Shown: positions 1 through 11,630, numbered from the whole stretch's first letter. The stretch is 63,885 nt of DNA, filler included, from Folioceros fuciformis (GCA_049999805.1; 9 parts of 9 records of this genome joined end to end with filler, not necessarily neighbours in it), one strand, 5' to 3'. Made by a program: numbers and translations. The notes: generated from the letters alone by a model not told the origin.

Positions 1-2
1 AA

Positions 3-1742
3 GGGGGGTACCAGGGAGGGTATGGAAACCAGGGAGGGTTAGGGAACCAAGGAGGGTTAGGGAACCAGGGGGGCTATGGTAATCCAGGATATAGATCGCC
101 AAACCAGGGATTCTCACAAGCCGGTGGAGTGGGGAATGCAGGTGAAGCTGTAAATGGTTCCCAGTGGAGTAGCAGCTCGGGGGTGCAGAGTCAGGAGAGC
201 AGGTCATCAGTAGGTCCTGGAGACCCCAATGACACACAGGAGGCTCGTGATGCACGAGCACGGGAGATTTTGTCGAGACCTATTGGGGGTTACAGAGAGA
301 GAGTCCAACCTACTGTGTCGCTAGGTGGAAGAGGAAGGCCTGCGGTATCTCCAGAGGAACAGGCAAGACGGGACGAGTTGGCAAGACAGATTCTTGCAGG
401 GGAATTCGGTAAGAGCCGAGTTGTGCAGCCTTCTGCTCCCCAGGGAACCAATATTGAAGCAGGGGCCAAGCTTTCTGTCCATGAGTCTGTGAAGGAGGGG
501 AATATCAAGCCCGACGTGAGCAACAATTTTCCAAAGCCACCGAGTGTGTTGGATTCTGCAGGGAAAGGTGATGCGTGGGCGCAACCTACTGCGCCTCAAG
601 CAGCAAGGCTGGGTCCCATCAGTGCCAATCAAGACAGAGAGCAGCCTACAGTATTGGATTCTGTGGGGAAAACCGAGGCATGGCCGCAACCCACGGTGCC
701 TCAAGCAGGAAGGCCGGGTCCTACCAGTGGCTATCAAGATAGAGTGCAGCCTACAGCGGGCAGGCCCGGGCAACCTGCTGTTTCTCCGGAGGAGCAAGCA
801 GCTAGAGAAGAAAGAGCAAGGCAGATCTTAGCCGGGATACCGTCTCCTGCGACACCAGCTACCCCCCCGGCATCCTCTTCAGCTGTGTCGTCTCCAGTCC
901 CACCTTCCACACCATGGACGTCTCCGATCAATGCTGCCACGCCACTGGCTACCCCTTCAAGTGCAGCTACACCCCTGGCATCCTCCTCAAGTGCAGCTAC
1001 ATCTTTGGCATCCCCTTCGAGCACAGCTAAACCACTGGAGACCCGTCTTCCAGGTCCTCCAGCTGAGAAGGTTGAGGCATCAACAACCAATGTATCAGAT
1101 TCTGACCCGAGTTCAGAGAACGGAGCATCAGGGAAACCGAAGAAGGAGCTCTCTCCTGAAATGCAGAGACACCTGGAGATCTTGAAGGCTCCAATCAAGA
1201 TGAAGTCGTCTGCCTCGTCTGCATCTTCCTCCGGTGCTATTTTGGATGATGTCATCGAGGGCTCACTAACTGGTCCGAAGAAGCTGACGCAGAAGGAGAT
1301 CAGCTTGAAGGAGATGGAACCCGTGAACAAAGTCATCGATGAGATTTTGAAGGAAATCAGGGAGAAGAAGAAACTGAATCCAGACGGCCGGATAGAACCA
1401 GATTACATACCCCCTCCACCGAGGCCCCCTCCAGGGTCACAGAAGGGTCCCATCAGGAAGTACCCTCGCCACAGCCGCCGAGTGATTGAACAGGAGGGCG
1501 GGGAAGGCAACTTAGAGGACAACGCGGAGTACCATAGTGAGAAACTGGCCATTGCTTTTGGTCTGCTGAACATTCCCGCTCCAGCCCCCATTCGAGTTTT
1601 CAAGAATCTGCGGGTGTGTATAGACTGCCATGACTGGACCAAGGCTGTCACTAAGCTTACAGGGAGGGAAATCATAGCTAGGGATAACAACAGGTTTCAT
1701 CACTTCAAGGACGGCAAGTGTTCCTGTAATGACTACTGGTAA
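3..1742 (+). CDS. DYW-domain cytidine deaminase with long low-complexity/repeat N-terminus and no visible PPR repeats (5'-partial, single exon in window)
   Basis: Frame is open from base 3 ([29 protein letters not shown]...). C-terminus [12 protein letters not shown]...[11 protein letters not shown]...[20 protein letters not shown] carries the HxE, CxxC and terminal DYW motifs. Confidence 0.92.
   Translation, partial: GGYQGGYGNQGGLGNQGGLGNQGGYGNPGYRSPNQGFSQAGGVGNAGEAVNGSQWSSSSGVQSQESRSSVGPGDPNDTQEARDARAREILSRPIGGYRERVQPTVSLGGRGRPAVSPEEQARRDELARQILAGEFGKSRVVQPSAPQGTNIEAGAKLSVHESVKEGNIKPDVSNNFPKPPSVLDSAGKGDAWAQPTAPQAARLGPISANQDREQPTVLDSVGKTEAWPQPTVPQAGRPGPTSGYQDRVQPTAGRPGQPAVSPEEQAAREERARQILAGIPSPATPATPPASSSAVSSPVPPSTPWTSPINAATPLATPSSAATPLASSSSAATSLASPSSTAKPLETRLPGPPAEKVEASTTNVSDSDPSSENGASGKPKKELSPEMQRHLEILKAPIKMKSSASSASSSGAILDDVIEGSLTGPKKLTQKEISLKEMEPVNKVIDEILKEIREKKKLNPDGRIEPDYIPPPPRPPPGSQKGPIRKYPRHSRRVIEQEGGEGNLEDNAEYHSEKLAIAFGLLNIPAPAPIRVFKNLRVCIDCHDWTKAVTKLTGREIIARDNNRFHHFKDGKCSCNDYW
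540..755 (+). repeat. Coding tandem repeat, 105 bp / 35 aa x2 (not PPR-like)
   Basis: [35 protein letters not shown] followed by [35 protein letters not shown]. Confidence 0.85.
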
Positions 1743-2411
1743 GGTGATACCATCTTTAGGTAGGTAGAGTAAGAGTAAGTCCATCCGCTTCTGATAGACC
1801 AGGCTAGTGCGAAAGAAGTCGGCGTGCACGGCAACAATCCGAGCGCCTGCCTGCAGGCTACGAGAAAGTGGAATGAGAACACCTTGACCACCACCAACTT
1901 CGGATCCCTCACCCCGTGTCACCTTGGTTCCGAATCCACTACATTTGTAGGTGAGGCCTCCTCTCTGGGCGGTAGGAGACGAGAACGATGGTGTCTCCGT
2001 CGCATTAGGGCAACTACTGTCTCAGACTTCAGAATTCCGTGTGGCTCGACTTTCCTCTCTCATGCGTGCAGTTATTTAGCTCCTTTTCATACACATACCG
2101 GTTTAGGGGGGCCCGGTGTTGCACTACTCGAATTTCTCCGGTTCGATGGATCTTTCATCTTATTTTTCTAAAACAAATAAAAACTTCCCTCGAGTTGGTT
2201 GAACTACCCATATTCATATTCGAAGTCCTATTCCTCCAAGTCTTTGTGCTTGTTTTGGGATAGTATCTTTTTCGATTTTTTAACAAAAAATAATACACAA
2301 CAATCTATAAGGAAGGAAGACACTTATACTTTCATTTCATGTTAGCAAATTTGTTCTAAGAGTTTTTATTTCCTCTAAGGATTTTCTTTTGCACGTCTTG
2401 TAGATAGCTAC

Positions 2412-3219
2412 ATGGAGTTTGCAATATATCTTTGTGCAATCTTACTCCTATCAAATGGTTATTTCATTATGTCTATAGAAGCTCAAGAATCAATCGAGGC
2501 ACCACCACAAGATCTACCAAGTGATACTCCACCAACATCTCCATATGATACACCTCCAGTCTCCCCTTACCAGACCTCACCTGAGATGCCAAATGACATG
2601 CCTCCTCCTACAGGAGGGTCTGAGATGCCATACAACACTCCTCCAGACCCATTCAACATGCCAAGGCAAGTACCAAGAGACACACCTCCTCAAGACACGG
2701 AAGTTCCTCCAGGTGGAAACAGAAGACCAGGTCCACCATACGACAGGCCCCCCTACGACAGGCCTCCTTACGACAGGCCCCCCTACGACAGGCCTCCTTA
2801 CGACAGGTCGCCCTATGACAGGCCTCCATACGATAGAGACCCACAACAACCACCTCAAGGATCGCCACCAATTGGTACATATGTCATGCAGCTGTGTTTC
2901 ACCCCTCAGCTTGATCAATCATGGGAACCCACAATTCGAGCACTTGTTGGCAAAGCCATAGAGAATTATCCCCCAACTTTTTCAAAGAATTGGGCAGCAT
3001 CTGGATTAGGATCAGTTGCAGGGCCCAATGCTAGTCCTTACAATAACATTGCTAGTCTCCATTACGCAGCCACATGCACGTACAGGGAACCGGACATGAC
3101 AGATAGCTTTGCATGCCAACGTTGTCTTATGAACTTAGTTCGAAATTACGTTGAGATGCCAACCAGAGGGGACTGCGTTAGACCATCAGAGACCTCGATT
3201 GCAGTAATAGGGTGCTTAC
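2412..3219 (+). CDS. Secreted Pro-rich protein with C-terminal Gnk2/DUF26-like Cys domain (3'-truncated by linker)
   Basis: Hydrophobic signal peptide MEFAIYLCAILLLSNG, Pro-rich region with PPYDR repeats, then YAATC-x12-CQRC...DC...GCL, resembling the DUF26 C-x8-C-x2-C...C...C pattern. Confidence 0.65.
2733..2837 (+). repeat. 15-bp coding tandem repeat, (P/S)PYDR x7
   Basis: ccyccytacgacagg-like units read directly. Confidence 0.9.
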
Positions 3220-3319
3220 NNNNNNNNNNNNNNNNNNNNNNNNNNNNNNNNNNNNNNNNNNNNTTAATTAATTAANNNNNNNNNNNNNNNNNNNNNNNNN
3301 NNNNNNNNNNNNNNNNNNN
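3220..3319. other. Artificial contig linker
   Basis: N44-TTAATTAATTAA-N44, stops in all six frames. Confidence 0.97.
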
Positions 3320-5402
3320 GAGCAACGTGGTGGCTATCAAGACGCTCAAGAAGCAGCAGGGGCAGGGGAGGCAGGGGTTGCAACAGCGACAGGAACAACA
3401 ACAGCAGCAGCAGCAGCAGCAGCAGCAGGGGCAGAGGGAGCATGAGGGGCCGGCCACCAAGCGAGCCAGGATGGGGATGGCGGGAGGTGGGATGACGGTG
3501 TCGGAGGCGCTGGTGGCCAACGAGATTCTGGTGATGCAGCGTATAGTGGAGGAGGTGTCGCCCAATCCCAACGTGATCCACCTGCTGGACGTGTACGAGG
3601 ACGCAGGGGGGGTGCACCTGGTGCTGGAGCTGTGCTCGGGTGGGGAGCTCTTCGACAGGATCGTGTCGCAGTCGCGCTACTCGGAGCGGGAGGCAGCGGC
3701 CGTGGTGCGCCAGATCGCCAACGGGCTCAGGAGCTTGCACGAGGCGCACATTGTCCACCGGGACCTCAAGCCCGAGAACTGCCTCTTTCTCACCTCGGAC
3801 CCGGACTCCCCCGTGAAAATCATGGACTTTGGGCTGAGCCACATTCAGGAGGTCACAAGCCCCATTGTGGGCATGTTCGGCTCAATCGACTACGTAGCGC
3901 CCGAGTCCTTGCTGCGCAAGCCCGTGCTACCAGCTACCGATATGTGGTCCCTGGGGGTCATCCTTTACATTCTGCTCTGCGGGTATCCGCCCTTCCACGC
4001 GCGCACAAACCGGGAGAAGCAGGAGGCAATTCTTGCGGTAGGTAACTCCTCGTTTTCTCTTTCACCTTCCTTTCTCCCTCCCTCCCTCCCTCCCTCCCTT
4101 GCTAAAAAAAAAAAATTGCCGCTTGGGCTTTTGTCCTTTCCCTTTAGCAACAACAGGATTGCTTGCCTTGTGCGGTTGGTAGAGCCAGCATTGATGTCGG
4201 ACTGGGACTGCGGTCCTCCCCCAATTCTCTGCCTGCTTCATGTCAGGGTCGTTTTGACTTCTCAGATCCTACATGGGCCACGGTATCCCGATCTGCGAAG
4301 GACCTCATCTCCAGGTTGCTGGCGGTGGCTCAGCACCAGAGGCCCACAGCCCAGGAGGTGAGGGCAGCCCAGCCCAGCCCAATTTCCAATTCAATCCACC
4401 AGCATTGCTTTGCGTGACTATGTGTAGTCCCACGGTGGCCATGGCAGCTCCTGCAGCACCCCTGGGTGAGAGGGGAGGAGGCCAATCCGGAGCCGGTGGT
4501 GCCCCTCATATTTCAGCGCTTCCAGAAGTTCAATGCGCGCAGGAAGTTCCGGGCCGCGGTGCAGGCCAGCGTCATGAGCAACAAGCTGGTGGGCTCTGTG
4601 CGAACAAGCAACCTGAGAACCCTGGTAGGCTCCCAGGCTCTCAGCGCGGAGGAGCTGCGCAATCTGCACAAGCATTTCAAGGCCATGTGCGTGAGCAGTC
4701 TCTTCCTTGCTCGTCATTGCCTTTTCCACCTCCTTTCCTTACGTACAACATGTTAGCTTGCTGCGTGCAGATCAGGCAATGGCTCAAGCGTTTCTCTCAA
4801 GGAGTTCGTAGACGTACTAAGGGCCATGAAGAAGGATGCGCTGGTGCCTTTGGCTGCTGACATCTTCAAGCTGTTTGACGTCAATCGGGACGGGTCGGTG
4901 GACATGAGGGAGATCATATGCGGCTTCTCTCCTCTCAAGAAGCCTGAAGGTGACGAGGCCCTGCGGCTATGCTTCCAGGTGGGGAAGGACGTCGCTGTCG
5001 CCGCCCTAGCCATTAGGGGAGACAACTCTCTGGACAACTCATCAACTGAATTGAACTGAACTGTGTCGTCTCGTGTGGCAGATGTACGATACGGATGGAT
5101 CAGGGGCCATTTCCCGAGATGAACTGGCCGCGATGCTCAGGGTATGTTGAACAGATCTCCCTCCTCGGCACATGTGGAATGCGCTGCTCCAGATTCTTGA
5201 CCTCTAGATGCTGTTTTGCCTACAGGCTTTGCCCGAGCTTTATCTACCGCCTGACATAACGGAGCCTGGTAAACTGGACGAGATATTCGACCACATGGAC
5301 GCCGATAGCGATGGTCATGTAAGCTTTGACGAATTCAAAGACGCTATGCAGACCAATCACAAACTCAGAGAGGGAGTCCTCTTTCCACTTGGCCAGCCCT
5401 AG
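3320..5402 (+). CDS. CCaMK: Calcium/calmodulin-dependent protein kinase CCaMK (DMI3), 5'-partial; exons <3320-4037, 4247-4357, 4448-4686, 4771-4978, 5082-5141, 5226-5402
   Basis: CCaMK-specific NEILVMQRIVEEVSPNPNVI, HRDLKPEN, MDFGLS, FGSIDYVAPE, CaM-binding FNARRKFRAA, three EF-hands (DVNRDG, DTDGSG, DADSDG) and LPPDITEPGKLDEIFD. All GT-AG junctions splice in frame. Confidence 0.95.
3396..3428 (+). repeat. CAA/CAG trinucleotide repeat encoding Q11 inside the kinase N-lobe
   Basis: caacaa(cag)9. Confidence 0.95.
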
Positions 5403-5467
5403 CCTCACTTCATTCTGGTGACTATCCTTTGTACCCGTTGCCGTTGTAAAATTCCCCGCCCCCTGTA

Positions 5468-7015
5468 TCACCTTACAGGAGATTCCCCCCATCGTTGCAA
5501 GGACCACGACGGAAAACCATATGACAGAAAGCAGGCTAGGGTCCACAGGGAAAGGACTCCTAACAACTGAAGGATCGATAGAAGCGTTCTTAGGGAACCG
5601 TTGATGGCCAGGGTTTCCGCGGTTGTTTCAGCTCCTCTGAGGGAGAACACCAGCCCTGCCACCAGCTGCGCTGCCCTGTTCAACTGATGCAGTCTATATA
5701 CCTGGTGACAAGATAGACAGGCAGGGGAGATTTGTAAGGCGTTGTCCCCGCAAACACACATACGTACACACGTACAGTATCAATGAAGCGGGGAACGATG
5801 AGAAGGTGAGAAAAAAACCTGGAAGATGACCGGCACAACTGGCCATGTCATGGAATTATTGGCCCTTGTAATCTGCTCGAATGATAGCTGAACGATCAGT
5901 CCGAGAATGTATGGAAGCAGAGCAGCAGCCGCTGCCGGTCCCGTCCATGACCACACCACGGCCAAGGTCACCACCGGCAGCAGGATTCCTAATGCCAAGG
6001 ACACAGCTGCGGACACCTTGTATCCCGCGGGTAAAGAAGCGGCAACAGAAGGGAGACTGATCTGGCTGTCGCTAATTCCTTTACGGAGCTCGCAGGTGAA
6101 CTTATCGGCAAGGTACAGAAACACCAACACACCAGCGTAAAAGCAGGACTCCGTGAAAAAGAGGATGACGAAATCTACAAACAGGTGACTTCATCTTAGC
6201 GCCAAGAACAAGAACAGGAACGCGGGCTCGGATTGCGGCTACCTAACCTGTGAGCAGAGAGTCTTGAAGCAAGGCTTCGGAGATCTTCCTTAAGTACAAG
6301 GGCGGCAATACCACAGACGCAACCAGGGTGAGAGGCCCCAAAATCCAGAGCAAACTCCTCCAACCCCTGGCAGCGGGAGGCGTCAGGACACAGTCTGCTT
6401 CATCCAATGCCTCGGTCGCAATCTCTGTGAGAGGGACGCCGGCTTGACGGAAGGACACCATTCCACTCTTCCCATTGTAAGACAAGATGTCTGCACCTGC
6501 ACCGTTTGCGCTAGGAGTGACTAAGCCATTTTCCGTTCCACCGAGTACGGAACTACTAGATTCAACCGGGCTCTCAGCGCTTCCCTCTGGCAACTCTGGT
6601 GTTATCGGAGTCTGGGAAACCAGACAAAGCAGAGGCGGCCAGGAAGATACGCCCTGCCTCCTCCGCAATCCAATTTTCACAGGCCCACTCCCGATTCCAA
6701 GCCCCTGAATTCCAGCATTCTGCTGCGCAATTCTTTGCGCAGAGACGGTAGTCGGTCGCCAGTGACCAACAGCGCCAGCTGAAGTCCTCTGCAAGCTGCA
6801 CACGGAGTTAATTCGTTGAGCGCAGGTAAGAAGAAAGCAAGCAAGAGAAGCCAACGGCAAGAATCCAATCACCTTAGCGCGGGGAGAACTTGGCCAGGAG
6901 AGCAGCGGACAACCGAGGACTGCATGCCAGAGACGCTATCAGCAGCACCGTTTGTGTCCACAGTGCCGACGAATCCGCGCAAAGAAAGGGTGCCGATGCC
7001 GGCAGCGGTTGCCAT
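5468..7015 (-). CDS. Plastid-targeted multi-pass membrane protein, AT5G63040-like (4 exons)
   Basis: Transit-like MATAAGIG...; WILGPLTLVASVVLPPLYLRK..QDSLLT|DFVILFFTE; WSWTGPAA; PVIFQ|VYRLHQLNRAAQLV match the family as remembered. Confidence 0.8.
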
Positions 7016-7267
7016 GCTCTTGTCCACAGGACTATCCACACGAATGTGCGAGCTGTGAGATGCACCTTGCACAACCCTAGTATGTACACAATCTGCATAA
7101 GCTTGTTGTCTTACGAATTGTTTAAGATGTTTAAGACGTCGGCAGTCGGTTGTTTCTTGCACACGTCGACCAGTGTCTTGTCCCTGGGCTGGGTTTAGGG
7201 TACATTGACACGTCCTTCAAACACATGTACATTCCGACAAAACAGATTGCCCGATTTCCACCGGTAA

Positions 7268-9096
7268 TCACATGAACTCGTTTTCCAACATCTGCTTCAG
7301 CGTTTCTAATCTCACGATTACTGCCGGGTTCATCAAACTTTGAGCTTCCTTGATGAGAGTTCCTTGTTGTTGCGTCTTGTACGCATCCAACACAATCTGC
7401 ACCCACTTCAACAATCGGTCCGGTTTCCTGCAACCACCGGCGCCGCAATACAGAGTTACCACCACTACACCAGACATAAAACAAGTAATGAAGCGAGGGT
7501 GGCTTGGTGCAAATGTCCCTACGTGTAAAGAGTATCACTGTCCTTCCCTTCGAGCTCATCCCCGGGTGAGAAAGCGTTAGTCAAGGCAGCCATCCTTTCC
7601 CTGGGATCTTCGATGGACAGAATATGGCGGATGATACGAACCTCCTTAGGCACAAGCCTTTGCATGTTACCTCTTGCAACCAGGTACAGGTGATACATGA
7701 TATCTTTCACCTGATCAAACACAAACAAATCCATCAACATTTACTGGTGGAAACACGGAAGTTCTCGCGACCAGCTGAAATCACAGTGCTACACACATAC
7801 CTCATCCTTCATCATGGTCGACTCCTTGGCTGCAGCCCAAGCCTTGGTGATCATGAGCATCAGCGTTGAGTCGAGCTCCTGCTTTTTGGCGAGCTGGTCG
7901 ATTTTCTTGGATGCAGCTTCCAGAGAGGGAGAATTCAGTATGTCGTCAAGCTTCATCTGCGCCACTTTAATGGCATGCTCATCTTCGGCGGCATGATCGT
8001 AGGCCTGGACAAAAGTCAGAATTTTGGTCGCAAGCGCCTGGAGTTCTGCCACAAAAGTCAGCCGAGAAGGAGTGGGCATTGAGTTCAAGGCCAGGACATG
8101 TCATGAGAGACCATTTTCAGGAGAGACAACTGCAAGTGTACCTTCTCTTCGATTCAAATTCCTGTAGGCGGCTTCACAGAGCGTTTTCAGATGCTGAAAG
8201 AACTCGGCTGTAAAGTCCTTTCGCCGTCGTGCCACAATTGCATCCAGTTCTGCGGCGTTTCCCTCTATTTCTGCAATAAGCTCGTCGTGTCTCATCATAT
8301 CGTCATCAACCTGTGGCCAACTAGGTAGTAAGGGACAAGCAAGTTGCCCGCACAGAAAAGCGAGGATTCACTTTCCAGCACGGCCTACCTCCTTGAGACG
8401 CCTTGACAGCTTCAGCAGGTCTCCCTTCTTTTTAGGGTCCTCCTCTGTATCAGCCCTGGCCTTGCACCTCTTGTAAAAGTGCGGCCGGATCTTGCTCCAC
8501 TCTTCACTGAATGCAAGCAGCTTTCTCCATTCATCTGGCTGAGGCCGGTCGACCATGAACACATCTATCAATTTATCACAAACCCTACTCATCTTGTACC
8601 CCTTCTCCAGCTCAATATCCTCGTCCTCCCCCTTCACATCCTGCTGGCTTAGCGTTTCCTGACTCTGCAGAGGCTCCGCTGAAGGGGTCACAACGGGTGC
8701 TGTCTTAGACTTAGGTTTCCGGCCCCGCTTCTTCTTCCCTGCCTGTTGCAATTCATCGCCGTCGGCAGTCGTGTCTGTGGTGCGGGGAGTATCAGCAACT
8801 GCGGGGAGGAAGAGCCAAAACCACGATCAGGAAGATTCTTCTCAGCATCACACACAAGGACGCCGAGGACGGACATTAGAACAAGTTGGAGATGCACCAT
8901 TGCAGACGATGAAATTGGGAGTACTCGCTCGCCGTGTGTGCGACAGAGCAGCCCTGCTATGGCCTTGACGCCACCAGGAGACGGCAGCGACATGCGCAGC
9001 TGCGCCATTGGCCCGGCTGCCAAGCTCCGGATCGCAGAACGAGGCCGAGGCTGCGTGTGCGGCCGGGCACAGTCTCAGCAGGGCAGTTGCCGCCAT
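7268..9096 (-). CDS. Chloroplast protein of the At4g37920/At1g36320 (CDB1/CDB1L) family (6 exons)
   Basis: VCDKLIDVFMVDRP..WRKLLAFSEEW..IRPHFYKRC, IVARRRKDFTAEFF, DILNSPSLE, KAWAAAKES, PKEVRIIRHILSIEDP, EAQSLMNP; Ala/Ser/Arg-rich transit peptide from 9096. Confidence 0.85.
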
Positions 9097-9449
9097 CAGA
9101 AAAGAGTAGTCCGCACGGGAAGAAAGCTGAAACCGAACGACAGAAGTTTTGCCGTGGATGGAGCCTAATGCGTAGTGTGTAAAGTAAAAATAAAGTTATG
9201 ATGGGCAGGCTAATCGAGGCCCGCTTCCTCACATCTACAAAAAGAATGGAGTGTCGTGGAGCACCACAACAATCGCTTGTTTAATCACCCTGGTTTGGAC
9301 AAGCCAAAATCTTGCGAGGCCCATGTTTTTCTGTGTCGTCGTCGCTCTTCTTGGGGTCTCTACTGCTACCTAGATAATTCGAGGACCTACAATGTACTTA
9401 CAAATTTGCTACCTACTAGATATTTCTTCCTGCCTGCCTGCTTTTCTGC

Positions 9450-11379
9450 CTACAGGTTGAGAGGATCCGTTTCAGAGTCATGCTCCTTCTCGATGGCCCA
9501 ATTTTCCACTGGCTCTGCAGTCAAAGCATATTCAGAATGTAAGAGTCAAATCATCCTCGAGTCCATTCCGCTCAACGGCAGGATAGGCAGAAAATGAAAT
9601 TACTGGTTCTTTGCTTCTCAGCAACTTGGTGGAGGCGGCGTTGGAGGACGGAGGCCATCAAGAGGAAGATGGAGCACATCCCAAACATGACTGTGATGGG
9701 AAAGGCATCGACCTGCGTAGCATACATATGGAGGCAAGGAGGGCACATCATACAGCAAGTCCCCAAGACAATGAAACGATGAAAAACACTTTTCCACGGT
9801 AGAAACGGATGTGACAGAAACTGGGAACAATAACAGTGGACGACTGCTTACGTTGTACAAGACGATGCAAACAAAAATGTTGAGAGGAATCCGGAAGAAG
9901 TTCATGATAGTACTTCTGGACTCCTCGGGAACGTACTGTGAGCGCATCTTCATAATGGATGGCCAGAAAATCCCGACACAAACCTCAAATACACAGAAAC
10001 CCAGAAGCTGCAACTGACCACCAGTGGTGATGCTGTTTCCTCTTGGGGTCTCTACCAGAAGCTGCAGACGACACACTCCAGAGTGAGCAATCATAGCACG
10101 TGTGAAGGAGGGAGAGGGGAAAGATGATTGGAATGAACAGAGGCATACACTGCTGATAATAACAGGGAGAAGGAGAGCTCCTGCGGAGATGAGGAAAACG
10201 ATCTGCATGTACTCTTCAACCTTAAGAGATGCTCGTGCCATAAGGCGAGCTGCAAGGGAGCTACCGATCATGGAAGACAACATAAAGGTGGCAAAGATGA
10301 AGCCGTGCGGAATCTGCTGGCCCTCAAGGGGGCTAAGAGCAGGTGTCCAGAGGAAGACAAAGGTGTACATTGAACCCTCGAAGAGAGACTGTATTGCGCC
10401 AAGGAGCGCAATCTTTTCATCTGCCAAACAAGGCAACACAGCAGAAAACATGGCACATTTACGTAAACTAGGGCAGGGCAGGGCAGCCCAGCCCATTCCA
10501 GCACAGCACAATGCACAAGGGTGGTGGGTCGAGAGGGCAAAGACACACATACCAGAAGCGATAGCGGAGGCCGCTTGCTTGAACTGCGTGAGAAGCGTCT
10601 TGCTCTCGGACGGATCCCCAAAGTTCTCAGGCCAGCTGTAAATGATGACGGACATGCCAATGGCGAGGACCACAGCCGCAGCGTCGAAGGGAGAGACGGG
10701 GCCGAAGCCGAAAGACGAGACGAGGGTGTTGGCCACAAGCCCAGCCAGAATAGCAGCCAAGCCATTCCCCAAAAAGATGGCCTTGGAGAAGGTGAGCGAC
10801 AGCCAGTTGGCCTCGTACCCCCTCTGCAAGGCAACGAAAGGCGGCACGGGGGGAAACGGGTGAGGAGGGGGTCAGATCCGGGGCCGGGTCTGGGACCGAG
10901 TACGGATCCGGATCTGGAACATGCAATGCGATGCGATGCAATGCAAGGGCAGAGCAGGGAGCAGGGCGAGAGCATTACTTTGAAATGCTCAGCCACGAGC
11001 CAGGACTCGAAGGCGGAGAAAAGCAGCGAGGTGGCAATGCCGCCCAGCACCCTCCCCAGCATGAGCACCCTGTAGACCGGGGAATGCTTGGTGAAACAGC
11101 TGAGGATGTAGGTGATGCAGTAGGTGATGCTGGCCCTCCTCCGCCCACTGCAAGCGGGCGCGGCCGCAGCCGCGACGATGAGCACACGCAGAGGCAGAGG
11201 AAGCAAGGCAAATGAGGGGAATGGGCTCACTCACTATCTATCTGCAAGGGATCCGACCACGGTGCCGAAAAGCATGGAGGAGCCGAATCCGGCGATGAAG
11301 AGCCTCCCGATGTCGACTTTGGTATACTTGTAGTGCGCGTAGAGCGCGTAGACGTAGGGCCCCTGCAGCCAGTCCCCCG
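9450..11379 (-). CDS. MOT2: Molybdate-anion transporter MOT2/MFSD5 (DUF791, MFS); first exon not in contig
   Basis: GDWLQGPYVYALY, GFGSSMLFGT, LLFSAFESWLVAEH, SLFEGSMYTFVFLWTP, RSTIMNFFRIPLN. Last exon ends ...SETDPLNL* at 9450. Confidence 0.9.
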
Positions 11380-11530
11380 CTACAAGCCACAAGCCACAAC
11401 ATGAGACGCCAGATCCGCGGCATTGCATGCAGTGCACGAGCCGGAGGCGAGGCGAGGCCAGGCCAGGCCAGCATTGCATACTATCCCATCCTATCCCATA
11501 CCGTCCCGTCCCATCCCGCCCCGTCCCATG

Positions 11531-11630
11531 NNNNNNNNNNNNNNNNNNNNNNNNNNNNNNNNNNNNNNNNNNNNTTAATTAATTAANNNNNNNNNNNNNN
11601 NNNNNNNNNNNNNNNNNNNNNNNNNNNNNN
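11531..11630. other. Artificial contig linker
   Basis: N44-TTAATTAATTAA-N44. Confidence 0.97.

Noticed and set aside
540-755. 35-aa repeats as PPR motifs
   Set aside because: Length matches, but the sequence is Pro/Gly/Gln-rich and lacks the helix-turn-helix PPR consensus.
734-1336. Long antisense ORFs here and over CCaMK, MOT2, FBA and the trihelix gene
   Set aside because: Shadow ORFs of GC-rich coding sequence.
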